64,000 nt of DNA from Tubiluchus corallicola (Eukaryota > Animalia > Priapulida), in assembly GCA_030141605.1 (NCBI GenBank), contig JAQGDQ010000163.1:372001-436000 (forward strand), in the 5' to 3' direction. Positions 1 through 12,968 of the stretch are shown piece by piece. The stretch's first letter is position 1; each line of letters opens with the position of its first letter. The notes below the pieces were generated by a model. That model saw nothing but the letters and a program-made list of their open reading frames with translations, made no database searches and was not told the origin of the DNA. A program made the translations under genes and the position numbers.

Positions 1-262
1 GTCATTAACAAAACCCCCTAGTTTAATAAATGCTGTCTATAGATTAGAATAGCTACACATCTGAATGCACATTTAATGCACCCAGAGATGCTAGCACAGT
101 TTCAGTATTTTAAGGGAAGGCGTTTGCAGGTAAAACTGCTGCTCCCAAAGGGATCCAGCAAAATGCACTCAAACCCATTTAATTCAATTCATCTCATTTC
201 CATTTTGTCTAGCTAGACTTTCACATACTCTCTTAATTTAACCACATCATTCTTTTCTAAAG

Positions 263-516
263 GATGGAACGGTCCCTGGATTGGTGGAACTGACCAACAC
301 CAAGAAGGTGACTGGAGATGGGTGTCTAACGGTCTACCAGTCATTAGCAACAAGTTAGCTAGCTGGCCTTTTGATAACGGGGGAGTATCCTATGATGATA
401 GTACATCTAATAATGGTCAGCATTGTACACGATACTGGAAGGAAAGAAATTACATCTGGGATGACGATAGATGTATATATCCTAATGACTATATCTGTGA
501 AGCTGATGCACAGTAG
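263..516 (+). CDS. C-type lectin gene 1, last exon only (5' exons lie upstream of the window)
   Basis: Acceptor ttttctaaAG at 261-262, phase 1. Translation WNGPWIGGTDQHQEGDWRWVSNG...HCTRYWKERNYIWDDDRCIYPNDYICEADAQ* has the CTLD WIG motif, W-D-D-x-x-C and terminal Y-I-C-E. Confidence 0.9.
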
Positions 517-1687
517 TGTACCATTACGGCCCCTCCTTGCAACTGTAAAGTATGTTAACAACTATTCTCATAACCACAGTTGATTATGCATCATTCTTGG
601 TTTTAACGAAATACGTAAAATTTAATGAAATTAAAATTATTTTCTAATGATTAACACTTTTTAGGCACAAAATATGTTATCTCCTTAAACCCATAAAATC
701 GCTGATAAAGTGCGACACAAGAAACGGGTAAACATTACCAGAATTTGGCAATGATTAACATGATCAAACCAATTTTTTAAATCAGGCAGTAGTCACCAAT
801 AGCTTAAAATAATTCACGTGACAAATGGATTGGTTACATTAACTATGCACATCAAAGCAGATAACATCACAAAAGCAAGTTTATGATCTTCAAAGAAGAC
901 TAGTGAAGAAAGTATCTTCTACTAATTCCTCACAAGTATATGTAAGTAATGGTAAAAGTTATGTTTTGCCTGCAAAACTATAATAAACAATAATTGTTGC
1001 ATCGACATCTTCAGTTCAAAGTTTACAGATACTTGTATAGAACACTTGTTTAGCAATAAATTTTGTTTATTGGTGGCATTAAGGAGACGCTCTATTTGCA
1101 AATTTTAGAAAATAATTTAGAATTTCAAAATGATTCTCTTGAGGTCACTGAGTTATTATTTAGTCAGTTTTTAAAGTATTAATGTTCAGTTTTATAGTTA
1201 ATATTGCACTTATATTTTTAGTTCAATTGATTTTTTGTTCTTTTTTTCAATTATTATTTGGACATACTTACAATGGCACAAGAACCAAACACGTTTTCAC
1301 CTATGGTTCTTGCCATTAACTATTTGCATGCTGTCATATCAAATCGTTATTATTAACTGAATATCTTTTCTCATTGTTTCTATATATTGTATATTTGCAT
1401 TTCCAAAGAAATAAACAATTTCAAACAAATAAACTCTTGTGTATAAACCCAGGAAAGCTGTGGACTTACAAGGAACCTAAATAAGCTAATAGCGCTCAAT
1501 GTCGAATGGACTATCCAACCACTTCTAGCTGTACCCAGTATAAGATTCTCTTTAAACTAAGATATATAAAAATTTGGCAAAAATGAGTTCATGTTTAATT
1601 TTTGCTTCTAGTTCATGTTTAATTTCTTATTGTTACAGGGATTTGAAAAAAAACGATTAATTAGCCAAGGCCAGGTTGAGACCTTTA

Positions 1688-2002
1688 TGGCGTGTTTAGA
1701 CGTAGAGATTTCTCTCGCAACTTGTTGCACAACTTCTCTCTAAGAGTACACTCGCACGTGTGAACGGCTAGGCAACTTCTCTTGCAACTTATTGCAAACT
1801 CTGCGAGAGTTACTGAGAGCTAACTTGCGACTTAAGTTGCGAGAAAAGTTCCTAAGCTGTTCACACATGCGACTTTGTTCTCAGAGAGAAGTTGTGCAAC
1901 AAGTCGCCAGAGAAGATTCCAAGCCGTTCAAACACAAGACTTTACTCTCACTGAGAGTTGGGAAAGAAATTGCAAAAGAAGTCTCTAAGTCTGAGTGTGC
2001 CA
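1688..2002. mobile_element. Non-autonomous PIF/Harbinger-like MITE
   Basis: Imperfect TIRs TGGCGTGTTTAGACGTAGAGA / TCTCTAAGTCTGAGTGTGCCA, TTA on both flanks (3-bp TWA TSD), long internal inverted repeats. Confidence 0.6.
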
Positions 2003-2459
2003 TTAGATGTGATGTATGAATTCTCAGAATCCATGCACCTGAGCAGCAGAAACTGCATGCATGTGTACAAATACATGATACAGGAGAATAAATATAACAA
2101 GCTAGAAAACAACAAAAAACATTTTACACGTAAGCTGGATAAAATTAAAAGTAGAGGATATGACAGCAGCCTTTAGCAAGATCTCAGAAGCCATGCATCA
2201 CAGACTTATTAAGTGTGGCAAATGAAAACCATAGATAACATTACGATAAATTTAGGTGAAATTTCATAAGTAATCAGTCAGTAAGTCAGTTAGTCAGCCA
2301 GCCAGTCACTTAGTCATTAGCCCAATGATGTACACTGTACATTGTCTGCGGAAAGGTAATGCAAAATTTCTAGTCTCAGAAGTTGATCTTTCATTGCAAA
2401 TTGGTTTGAAAAAGTGCACCCATAATTTGAATATTGAAACTGAATATTTTATTGAATCG

Positions 2460-2888
2460 CTCAGCCAGTGTATCCTCATGTCACCGAACTCATTCAGCCA
2501 GTGTATCCTCATGTCACCGAACTCATTCAGCCAGTGTATCCTCATGTCACCGAACTCACTCAGCCAGTGTATCCTCATGTCACCGAACTCACTCAGCCAG
2601 TGTATCCTCATGTCACCGAACTCACTCAGCCAGTGTATCCTCATGTCACCGAATGCACTCAGCCAGTGTATCCTCATATCACCGAACTCATTCAGCCAGT
2701 GTATCCTCATGTCACCGAACTCATTCAGCCAGTGTATCCTCATGTCACCGAACTCATTCAGCCAGTGTATCCTCATGTCACCGAACTCATTCAGCCAGTG
2801 TATCCTCATGTCACCGAACTCATTCAGCCAGTGTATCCTCATGTCACCGAACTCACTCAGCCAGTGTATCCTCATGTCACCGAACTCA
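2460..2888. repeat. 33-bp minisatellite, 13 units
   Basis: Unit (C/T)TCAGCCAGTGTATCCTCATGTCACCGAACTCA, head-to-tail with no spacers. Only one unit at the paralogous site 8029-8061. Confidence 0.95.
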
Positions 2889-3993
2889 CTCACTCACCCA
2901 TCTTCTCTCCCATATGCTCATCCGGGTCATCCCTTTCTCAGTGTCTAAGCTTTCATGCCTTTTCGTGATATGTAAACGTCAATAACATTACACTGAACTT
3001 AAATAAAATTTTATAGGTAATCAGTCAGTAAGTCAGTTTTGTCAATCAGCCAGTCACTCTGTGAGTCTCTGTCATTAATCAGTCAGTCTGCCAGTGATAC
3101 AAAAGTAGTGCCACAAGTCTGCAAAAAAGTGGTGCGAAATGTTTAAAGGGCGAGAAATTGAATTTTTGTTAATTTTTTTTGAAAAAAGAAAGATACATCC
3201 ACAAATAACAATTGACTTCCCACAAGAATATTACAGACACGTGCAATGTATCTGGGCAACTAATGTGGACAATTTCAGCAGAAAGTGATAGTGTGAGAGC
3301 AAGTAGAGAGAAAAACAACCAAGTGCTTATAAGCACTCTGCATACTCCACATTCTAATAAAAAACTTAACATTAACAATTAACAAACATCATTACTCATA
3401 TTAAAAGGAGTCTTTGTATAATAACGTTTACAAATCCTGTCTTTGTTTAGTCAAATTTCATCTATATAAGAATCAGATTGTCAAATGGTCAACATAGAAT
3501 TTAAGTGAGTTCTAAATTAAAACAATGTCATTATTGCAAAACAATGCTGCTCTGATTTCAAACACCAAAGACAGCCGATTAGTTTCAATGCAATGACATT
3601 TATTTTAGCAGTTAAACCTAAAGTGACACAAATTGTGTGAAATAAAAACAAAAAACCTCAAAGTAAGTATTCTAGCTTTTCAAACAATAAAATGTTTTCC
3701 AAGAGTTATATTTTCCCAATGAGTATTCAGTTCAATATTTTTTTATAATGAGCAAAAGAAAGAAATGCCATGACTGACACACAAAAAGTTGCTGTTTAGA
3801 TGTAATTGATATTTGTTTTTTCTTGTGAACCAAAACAAAGATATTTTTAACAATTCCACAGTGTGCTGCACCACACTTCAATAATTTATTTAATACTTCC
3901 TTTTTGATCCTTTATTATTTTCTTACATAGTTTTACTATTTTCTTTATTTTTTCATTTCATAATTCATTGTGACAAATGTTCAAGCATTCACA

Positions 3994-6109
3994 ATGAACG
4001 TGGCATCAGTAACTGGCTTACTATTGCTGTTAATTACATTGCACGGCTTGAGAGCAGACACTGAAATGGTAAGTTAAAAAATATTTTTGTAAGGACAATA
4101 ACATAGAAACTCTCAAACAAATCGCTATTTATTTAAGATAAGATAAGATAAGATAAGATAAGATAAGATAAGATAAGATAAGATAAGATAAGATAAGATA
4201 AGATAAGATAAGATAAGATAAGATAAGATAAGATAAGATTTATTTTCATCGGTATGATATAAACAGTACATATTTGTAAAACATGAGCTTAAAGCTCGTA
4301 AACCGATATCAAACGTAATGTATATGAGTGATAACATGGTAATAATATGTACAGTACTTCTTAAAATCTTTTGGATGCCACCAGAGGTGATGGTACAAGA
4401 AAAATTTATGACTAGATGAGACAGTAAAAATTTTAGGCAGTAACATTTTCTGAAACTTACACAAAAAGCTATCTAGGCCAATAAAAAATTTTTCCCGTCA
4501 ACATTTCAGCATTGAATTACGACTTAGTAAAATTGGGAAGTTCGCTGAATTTACAAATAGCACATTTACATGATACACCAGTCCATGAGTTAATTAGACG
4601 TTTAAATTCCCCAAGATTCGCGGCCATTCCGAGACAGTTTGCTAATTCATTCCACAATGTGGGTACATAATAGGAGAAAACTTAAATATGTTTTCTTGTG
4701 CATCACACACCCTTCGTATAAAGTAATTGTTAGTATAAATTTTAAAACATTGTTTATCTGTTTATAAGTTGCTTTTACTTGCAAATCATTTTCTAGGATC
4801 AGACAGCATGTTGCCCAAACGGTTGGGAATATAATAAAGGACGTTGCTACATGTTTTCCCAAACTCAGATTCATTGGTGGGGAGCTGTGGTAAAGTGCAA
4901 AATAGCAGGAGGTGAATTGGCTACAGTTGAAACAGATGCAGAAAATCATTTCATAACGAATTATCTGGAAACTAATGGCAAGTAATATAATTTGTCTTAT
5001 TAATTAGTTTATGTCTACTATGGATAGGAGGCTCTGACTGATTGTGTGCTGACTAGTATGAGAATTCAGATCTGCTTTGGCCATATGGGTTGATAGCTCA
5101 AATAGCTATGAGTATGTCGCCCATTACCAAAAGGTTCTTGGCTCGAGTCCTGGTTGGTTCAAATTTCAGAGCTAAATTTAACTGTTAATAGAATAATACA
5201 TGTGAGAAAAGTGAAATTTTGTATAAAAATTTCTACCATTATATTTCTGTAGCAAGTTTTGATGTTGAAAATAAATGCAATGCAATCTGCCATGTGACAC
5301 ATCACATATTGTAAATTGGTAGAAACACGACAGACTGTTGTCATTTTTAACCACATGATATATTTAGAATTACATTTCTGGGCACAGACATTATAAAAAA
5401 TAAAATATACCAATTCTAAAGTGACATCATTTTTATTGATTCGAGAATGGTTTTCTTTTATTTGAATATGCGCAAATTCGAATACTTATTTAATCTTCGC
5501 CCGGTTTCACAATGTTATTATTAATCATCGTCACTAAAGCTATGTCCACGATGTCTTTAACTCGTTAACAAAGTCAAAGCTTTGAGAAAAAAAACCCTGG
5601 TTTAATAAATGCTGTCGATAGATTAGAATAGCGACACATCTGAATGCGTATCTAATGCTCCCAGAGATGCTAACACAGTTTCAGTATTTTAAGGTAAGGC
5701 GTTTGCATTTCTGAAATGTAAGGTAAAACTGCTGCTCCCAAAGGGATCCAGCAAAATGCACTCAAACCCATTTAACTCAATTCATTTCATTTCCATTTTG
5801 TCTAGCTAGACTTTCACATACTCTCTTAATTTAACCACATCATTCTTTTCTAAAGGATGGGGCAGTGCCTGGATTGGTGGAACTGACCAACACCAAGAAG
5901 GTGACTGGAGATGGGTGTCTAACGGTCTACCAGTCATTAGCAACAAGTTAGCTAACTCGCCTTTTGATAACGCGGGAGTATCCTATGATGATAGTACATC
6001 TAATAATGGTCAGCATTGTGCACGATACTGGAAAGAAAGAAATTACATCTGGGATGACGTTCAATGTATAACACATTATTACTATATCTGTGAAGCTGAT
6101 GCACAGTAG
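3994..6109 (+). CDS. C-type lectin gene 2, secreted single CTLD, 169 aa; exons 3994-4068, 4797-4977, 5856-6109
   Basis: Signal-peptide exon MNVASVTGLLLLLITLHGLRADTEM|gtaagt. Exon 2 DQTACCPNGWEYNKGRCYMF..HWWGAVVKCKIAGGELATVETDAENHFI. Exon 3 WGSAWIGGTD..WDDVQCITHYYYICEADAQ*. 75+181+254 nt is in frame only with a GC donor (G|GCAAGT) at 4978. Confidence 0.88.
4135..4313 (-). mobile_element. 3' end of a CR1/L2-type LINE or SINE with an expanded (ATCTT)n tail
   Basis: 21 copies of AAGAT at 4135-4239. On the minus strand they follow AATAAA and a stem-loop-like segment (ATCGGT...ACCGAT). The paralogous site near 9318 has only ~3 copies. Confidence 0.55.
5088..5160 (+). mobile_element. Degenerate tRNA-derived SINE head in lectin 2 intron 2
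   Basis: A-box-like TAGCTCAAATAG and B-box-like GCTCGAGTCC at tRNA-like spacing. A decayed counterpart is seen near 13050-13135 in lectin 3 intron 2. Confidence 0.35.
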
Positions 6110-9100
6110 CGTACCATTACGGCCCCTCCTTGCAACTGTAAAGTATGTTAACAACTATTCTCATAACCACAGTTGATTATGCATCATTCTTGGTTTTAAC
6201 GAAATACGTGAAATTTAATGAAATTAAAATTATTTTCTAATGATTAACACTTTTTAGGCACAAAATATGTTATCTCCTTAAACCCATAAAATCGCTGATA
6301 AAGTGTGACACAAGAAACAGTAAACATTACCAGAATTTCGCAATGATGAACATAATCAAACCAATTTTTTAAATCAGGCAGTAGTCACCAATAGTTTAAA
6401 ACAATTCACGTGACAAACGGATTGGTTACATTAACTATGCACATCAAAGCAGATAACATCACAAAAGCAAGTTTATGATCTTCAAAGAAGACTAGTGAAG
6501 AAAGTATCTTCTACTAATTCCTCACAAGTATATGTAAGTGATGGTAAAAGTTGTTTCGCCTGCAAAACTACAATAAGCAATAATCGTTGCATCGACATCT
6601 TCAATTCAAAGTTTACAGATACTTGTATAGAACACTTGTTTAGCAATAAATTTTGTTTATTGGTGGCATTAAGGAGACGCTCTATTTGCAAATTTTAGAA
6701 AATAATTTAGAATTTCAAAATGATTCTCTTGAAGTCATTGAGTTATTATTTAGTTAGTTTTTTAAAGTATTTTAATGTTCAGTTTTATAGTTAACATTGC
6801 ACTTATATTTTTGGTTCAATTGTGTGTGATTTTTTTGATTTTTTTTTCAATTATTATTTGGACATACTTACAACGGCACAAGAACCAAACAAGTTTTCAC
6901 TTACGGTTCTTGCCATTAACTATCTGATGCTGTTATATCAAATCGATATTATTGATATTATTAACTGAATATTTTTCTCATTGTTTCTATATATTGTATA
7001 TTTGCGTTTCCAAATAAATAAACAATTTCAAAAAGATAAACTTTTGTGTATAAACCCAGGAAAGCTGTGGACTTACAAGGAATCTAAATAAGCTAATAGT
7101 GCTCAATGTCGAACGGACTATCCAACTACTTCTAGCTGTACCTAGTATAAGATTCTCTTTAAACTAAGATATATAAAAATTTGGCAAAAATGAGTTCATG
7201 TTAAATTTCTTATTTTTACAGGAATTTAAAAAACAATGATTAATTAGCCAAGGCTAGGTCCAGACCTTTATGGCGTGTTTAGACGTAGAGACATCTCTCG
7301 CAACTTGTTGCACAACTTCTCACTAGGAGTACACTCGCACGCGTGAACGGCTAGGCAACTTCTCTTGCAACTTATTGCAAACTCAGCGAGAGTTACTGAG
7401 AGCTAACTTGCGACTTAAATTGTTCACACATGCGACTTTGCTCTCAGAGAGAAGTTGTGCAACAAGTCACCAGAGAAGATTCCAAGCCGTTCAATACAAG
7501 ACTTTACTCTCACTGAGAGTTGGGAAAGAAGTTGCGAAAGAAGCCTCTAAGTCTGAGTGTGCCATTAGATGTGATGTATGAGTTCTCAGAATCCAAGCAA
7601 CTAGCACTTGAGCAACAGAAACTGAATACATGTGTACAAATACATAATACATGAGAATAAATATAACAAGCTAGAAAACAACAAAAAATATTTTACACGT
7701 AAGCTAGATAAAATTAAAAGTAGAGGATATGACAGCAGCCTTTAACAAGATCTCACAAACCATGCATCACAGACTTATTAAGTGTGGCAAATGAAAACCA
7801 TTGATAACATTACGATGAATTTAGGTGAAATTTCATAAGTAATCAGTCAGTAAGTCAGTTAGTCAGCCAACCAGTCACTCAGTCATTAACCCAATGATGT
7901 ACGACAGACATAAAAACACAGAAAGGTAATGGAAATTTCTAGTCTCAGAAATTGATCTTTCACTGCAAATTGGTTGGAAAAAGTGCACCCATAATTTGAA
8001 TATTGAAACTGAATATTTTATTGAATCGCTCAGCCAGTGTATCCTCATGTCACCGAACTCACTCACTCACCCATCTTCTCTCCCATATGATCATCCGGGG
8101 TATCCCTTTCTCAGCGTCTACGCTTTCATGCCTTTTCGTGATATGTAAAGGTCAATAACATTACACTGAACTTAAATAAAATTTTATAGGTAATCAGTCA
8201 GTAAGTCAGTTTTGTCAATCAGCCAGTCACTCTGTGAGTCACTGTCATTAATCAGTCAGTCTGCCAGTGACACAAAAGTAGTGCCACAAGTCTGCAAAAA
8301 AGTGGTGCGAAATGTTTAAAGGGCGAGAAATTGAATTTTTATTAATTTTTTTTGAAAAAGAAAGATACATCCACAAATAACAATTGACTTCTCACAAGAA
8401 TATCACAGACAAGTGCAATGTATCTGGGCAACTAATGTGGACAATTTCAGCAGAAAGTGATAGTGTGAGAGCAAGTAGAAAGAAAAACAACCAAGTGCTT
8501 ATATAAGCACTCTGCATACTCCACGTTCTAATAAAAAACTTAACATTAACAATTAACAAACATCATTACTCATATTAAAAGGAGTCTGTGTATAATAACG
8601 TTTACAAATCCTGTCTTTGTTTAGTCAAATTTCATCTATATAAGAATCAGATTGTCAAATGGTCAACATAGAATTTAAGTGAGTTCTAAATTAAAACAAT
8701 GTCATTATTGCAAAACAATACTGCTCTGATTTCAAACACCAAAGACAGCCGATTAGTTTCAATGCAATGACGTTTATTTTAGCAGCTAAACCTAAAGTGA
8801 CACAAACTGTGTGAAATAAAAAACAAAAAACCTCAAAGTAAGTATTCTAGCTTTTCAAACGATAAAATGTTTTCCAAGAGTTATATTTTCCCAATAAGTA
8901 TTTAGTTCAATATTTTTTATAATGAGCAACAGAAAGAAATGCCATGACTGACACAAAAAGTTGCTGTTTAGATGTAATCGATATTTGATTTTTCTTGTGA
9001 ACCAAAACAAAGATATTTTTAACAATTCCACAGTATCATCTTTGTGCATGCTGCACCACACTTAAATAATTTATTTAATACTCCCTTTTTGATCCTTTAT

Positions 9101-10090
9101 TGTTTTCTTACATAGTTTTACTATTTTCTTTATTTTTTATTTCATAATTCATTGTTACAAATGTTCAAGCATTCACGATGAACGTGGCATCAGTAACTGA
9201 CTTACTATTGCTGTTAATTACATTGCAAGGCTTGAGAGCAGACACTGAAATGGTAAGTTAAAAATATTTTTGTAAGGACAATAACATTGAACCTCTCAAA
9301 CAAATCACTATTTATTTAAGATAAGATAAGATAAGAAAATATTTATTTTCATCGGTATGATATAAACAGTACATATTTGTAAAACATGAGCTTAAAGCTC
9401 GTAAAGCGATATCAAACATAATGTATATGAGCGATAACATGGTAATAATATGTACTTCTTAAAATCTTTTGGATGCCACCAAAGGTATTGGTACAAGAAA
9501 AATTTATAACTACATGAAGATAGTAAAAATTGAGACAGTAAAAATTTTAGGCAGTAACATTTTCTAAAACTTACACAAAAAGCTATCTAGGCCAATAAAA
9601 ATTTTTCCCGCCAACATTTCAGCATTGAATTACGACTTAACAAAATTGGGAAGTTCGCTGAATTTACAAAGGGCACATTTACATGATACACCAGTCCATG
9701 AGTTAATTAGACGTTTAAATTCCCCAAGATTCTCGGCCATTCGGAGACAGTTTGCTAATTCATTCCACAATGTGGCTCCCTAATAGGAGAAAACTTAAAT
9801 ATGTTTTCTTGTGCGTCACACACCCTTCGTATAAAGTAACTGTTAGTATAAATTTTAAAACATTGTTTATCTGTTTATAAGTTGCTTTTACTTGCAAATC
9901 ATTTTCTAGGATCAGACAGCATGTTGCCCAAACGGTTGGGAATATAATAAAGGACGTTGCTACATGTTTTACGAAGCGCCTCTTCATTGGTGGGGAGCTG
10001 TGATAAAGTGCAAAATGGCAGGAAGTGAATTGGCTACAGTTGAAACTGATGCAGAAAATCAGTTCATTGTGAATTATTTAATAAATAATG
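5591..10090 (+). repeat. Copy B of the tandem segmental duplication
   Basis: Matches 11-4977 apart from repeat-length indels. Similarity falls within lectin exon 2 and collapses in intron 2. Confidence 0.9.
7271..7564. mobile_element. Duplicate copy of the PIF/Harbinger-like MITE
   Basis: Same termini and TTA flanks as 1688-2002, with a 21-bp internal deletion. Confidence 0.6.
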
Positions 10091-10300
10091 GCAAGTATTA
10101 TATTTTACTAAATACATTTATATGCGATGGATGACAGGCAGTGATCTGTTCGAGGATTTAGTTCCTTGCTGCCATCCATGCCATGGCACACAGTGGTAGG
10201 CACAACCTTCATACTCATTATAGCTATAAAATTTTACTGTTTACTTTCTACTCATGTATTTATTTCTTGTGCCTAATAAATAATAATAATAATAATAATA

Positions 10301-10335
<35 letters not shown>

Positions 10336-10387
10336 AATAATGATAATGATGATGATGATAATAATAATAATAATAATAATAACGATG

Positions 10388-10452
<65 letters not shown>

Positions 10453-12934
10453 TAGCCAAACCCCACAAAAAGAATTTTGTGCACAAATCAACACGCAACC
10501 CACACCACACCACTCCACCACATCACACCGCACTGCACCACACCATACCACTCCACCTCATCGCACCACACAATACCACCACACCGCACGGCACCACACC
10601 ATACCACCTACACACCACACCACCCACACCATACCACTCCACCACATCACACCACACTGCACCACACCATACCATTGCACCACCCACACCATAATACTCC
10701 ACCACATCACACCGCACTGCACCACACCATACCACTGCACCACCCACCCACACACCATACCACCCACACCATAATACTCCACCACATCACACCGCACAGC
10801 ACCACACCATAACACCACACTGCACCATACCACTCCACCACATCACACCACACCGCACAACACCATACCACTGCAGCACACCGCACCACCCACACACCAC
10901 ACCACACCATACGACTCCACCACATCACACCACACTGCACCACCCACACCACACCACCCACACCATAATACTCCACCACATCACACCACACTGCACCACA
11001 CCATAACACCACACTGCACCACAACAACCAACCACCCACCCACACACCACGCCACCCACTCCATACCACACTACCCACACCACACACCACACACCGTATC
11101 ACCCCACCACACCATCCATAGCACAACACACAAAACACACCACCACCACACCACATCAAATCCACCACCTCACGTGGTGATCATGATGATGATGGTGGCA
11201 ATGATGATGACACCTATAGCACAAGCACCAACAACACAGCATTACAACAAAACCATTCCAAACATTTTTCACAAAGTTGAAACTATGTGCTATAATATAA
11301 TAAATAACAAAGGCCCCGCAAAAGATTTTGCGTAAAAAACCACGTGTAATCAATAATCCTACCTAGTCCTCATTTATAACACAAAGCCCTTAACATCGTG
11401 CCTACTGTTTGTTTAACTAACGCAAAGCCTGTAGCTTTTACTGAATTAAAGCTATAAGCAGAGTAGAGTACAATGGATGACGTCAGAACAATGCCTTTGC
11501 GTCAGCAATTTTCTAAGCGAAAATTGCCGAAAATGGAACCTCTAATTAACTCGTCGGTACTTCTCTCGATGGACCTGCCCTAACATATAGCCTACATCAT
11601 CGTGTAGCCCTGTCCTTCCTCTTTCTAAAGAGCCGTATATCTCCTTCCGAAAGTCCCACCAGGCGCCGCTAGAACGTTTTTTCCGCAGGCTGTTTGGTCA
11701 AAATTTCGAAAAAATCGCGAGTTGGGTCCGGGAAAACGCCCGTTGCGGGACACCGTGGCCCTCTCGCGAATTCAAAATAGGCCTATGACACCCATCGCTG
11801 AACGGGCTATCTATCCATACCCAGCACCACCCTCGGCCCATTCCAGTTCTCCACATCTCAGCCGTATAACTTTTGCAAAAAACGGCCGAAAAATGGCCAT
11901 TTTTGGAGGTTTTTCGCCCCCCGTTTCTCCCGGTGGGCCCGATTCGAAAAATAAACCCCCAATGAGACGACACTAGATCGAGACCTTTCGTTTGATGTAT
12001 AGATCGCCGCAAATGGTGCCCTCGTCCGGGCTGTAGCCTCGAATCTTATATATAAATAAATATACCAAGAATATTAATATATAGACTAGCAAAGCCCCCG
12101 CAAAAGATTTTGCGTATAAATACACGTGTAATCAATAATATGCGAACATCCTACACAGTCCTCATTTATAACACAAAGCCCGTAACATCATGCCTACTGT
12201 TTGTTTAACTAACGCAAAGCCTGTAGCTTTTTGCTGAATTAAAGTTATAAGCAGAGTAGAGTACAATGGATGACGTCAGAACAATGCCTTTGCGTCAGCA
12301 GTTTTCTAAGTGAAAATTGCCGAAAATAGAACTCCTAATTAACTCGTTGATACTCCTCTCGGTGGACCTGCCCTAAAATATAACCCACATCATCGTGTAG
12401 CCCTGTCCTTCCTCTTTGCAAAGAGCTATATGTCTCCTTCCGAGAATCCCACCAGGCGCCGCTAGAACGTTTTTTCCGCATGCTGTTTGATCAAAATTTC
12501 GAAAAAATCGCGAGTTGGGTCCGGAAAAACGCCCGTTGCGGGACGCCGTGGCCCTCTCGGGAACTCTAAATAGGCCTATGACACCCACCGCTAAACGGGC
12601 TATCTATCCACACCCAGCACCACCCTCGACCCGTTCCCGTTCTCTACATCTCAGCCGTATAACTTTTGCAAAAAACGGCCGAAAAATGGCCATTTTTGGA
12701 GGTTTTTCGCCTCCCGTTCCTCCCGGTGGGCCCGATTCGAAAAATAAACCCCCAATGAGACGACACTAGATCGAGACCTTTCGTTTGATATATAGATCGC
12801 CGCAAATGGTGCCCTCGTCCGGGCTGTAGCCTCGAATCTTATATATAAATAAATATATATATTAAGATACCAAGAATATTAATATAAGAGTATAGATAAT
12901 AATAATGATAATAATGATAATAATAATGGTGATG

Positions 12935-12968
<34 letters not shown>

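Larger units (their letters stand above)
11..4977 (+). repeat. Copy A of a recent ~5 kb tandem segmental duplication
   Basis: Collinear and near-identical by eye to ~5591-10090. Both carry the lectin last exon, 3' UTR, MITE, promoter region, exon 1, intron 1 and exon 2 of the next lectin. Left boundary probably lies upstream of the window. Confidence 0.9.

Noticed and set aside
2306-2985. CRISPR array or repetitive protein ORFs at the 33-bp repeat
   Set aside because: No spacers or cas genes. The ORFs are open in several frames only because the 33-mer lacks stops, and the paralogous site has one unit.
10183-11353. Poly-N/D/I/Y and His-Thr-Pro-rich ORFs
   Set aside because: Translations of AAT/GAT and CACCA simple repeats.
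11722-12769. Duplicated 84-aa ORFs
   Set aside because: GC-rich interior of non-autonomous Helitron units. Non-ATG starts and no Rep/helicase or other recognisable motif.
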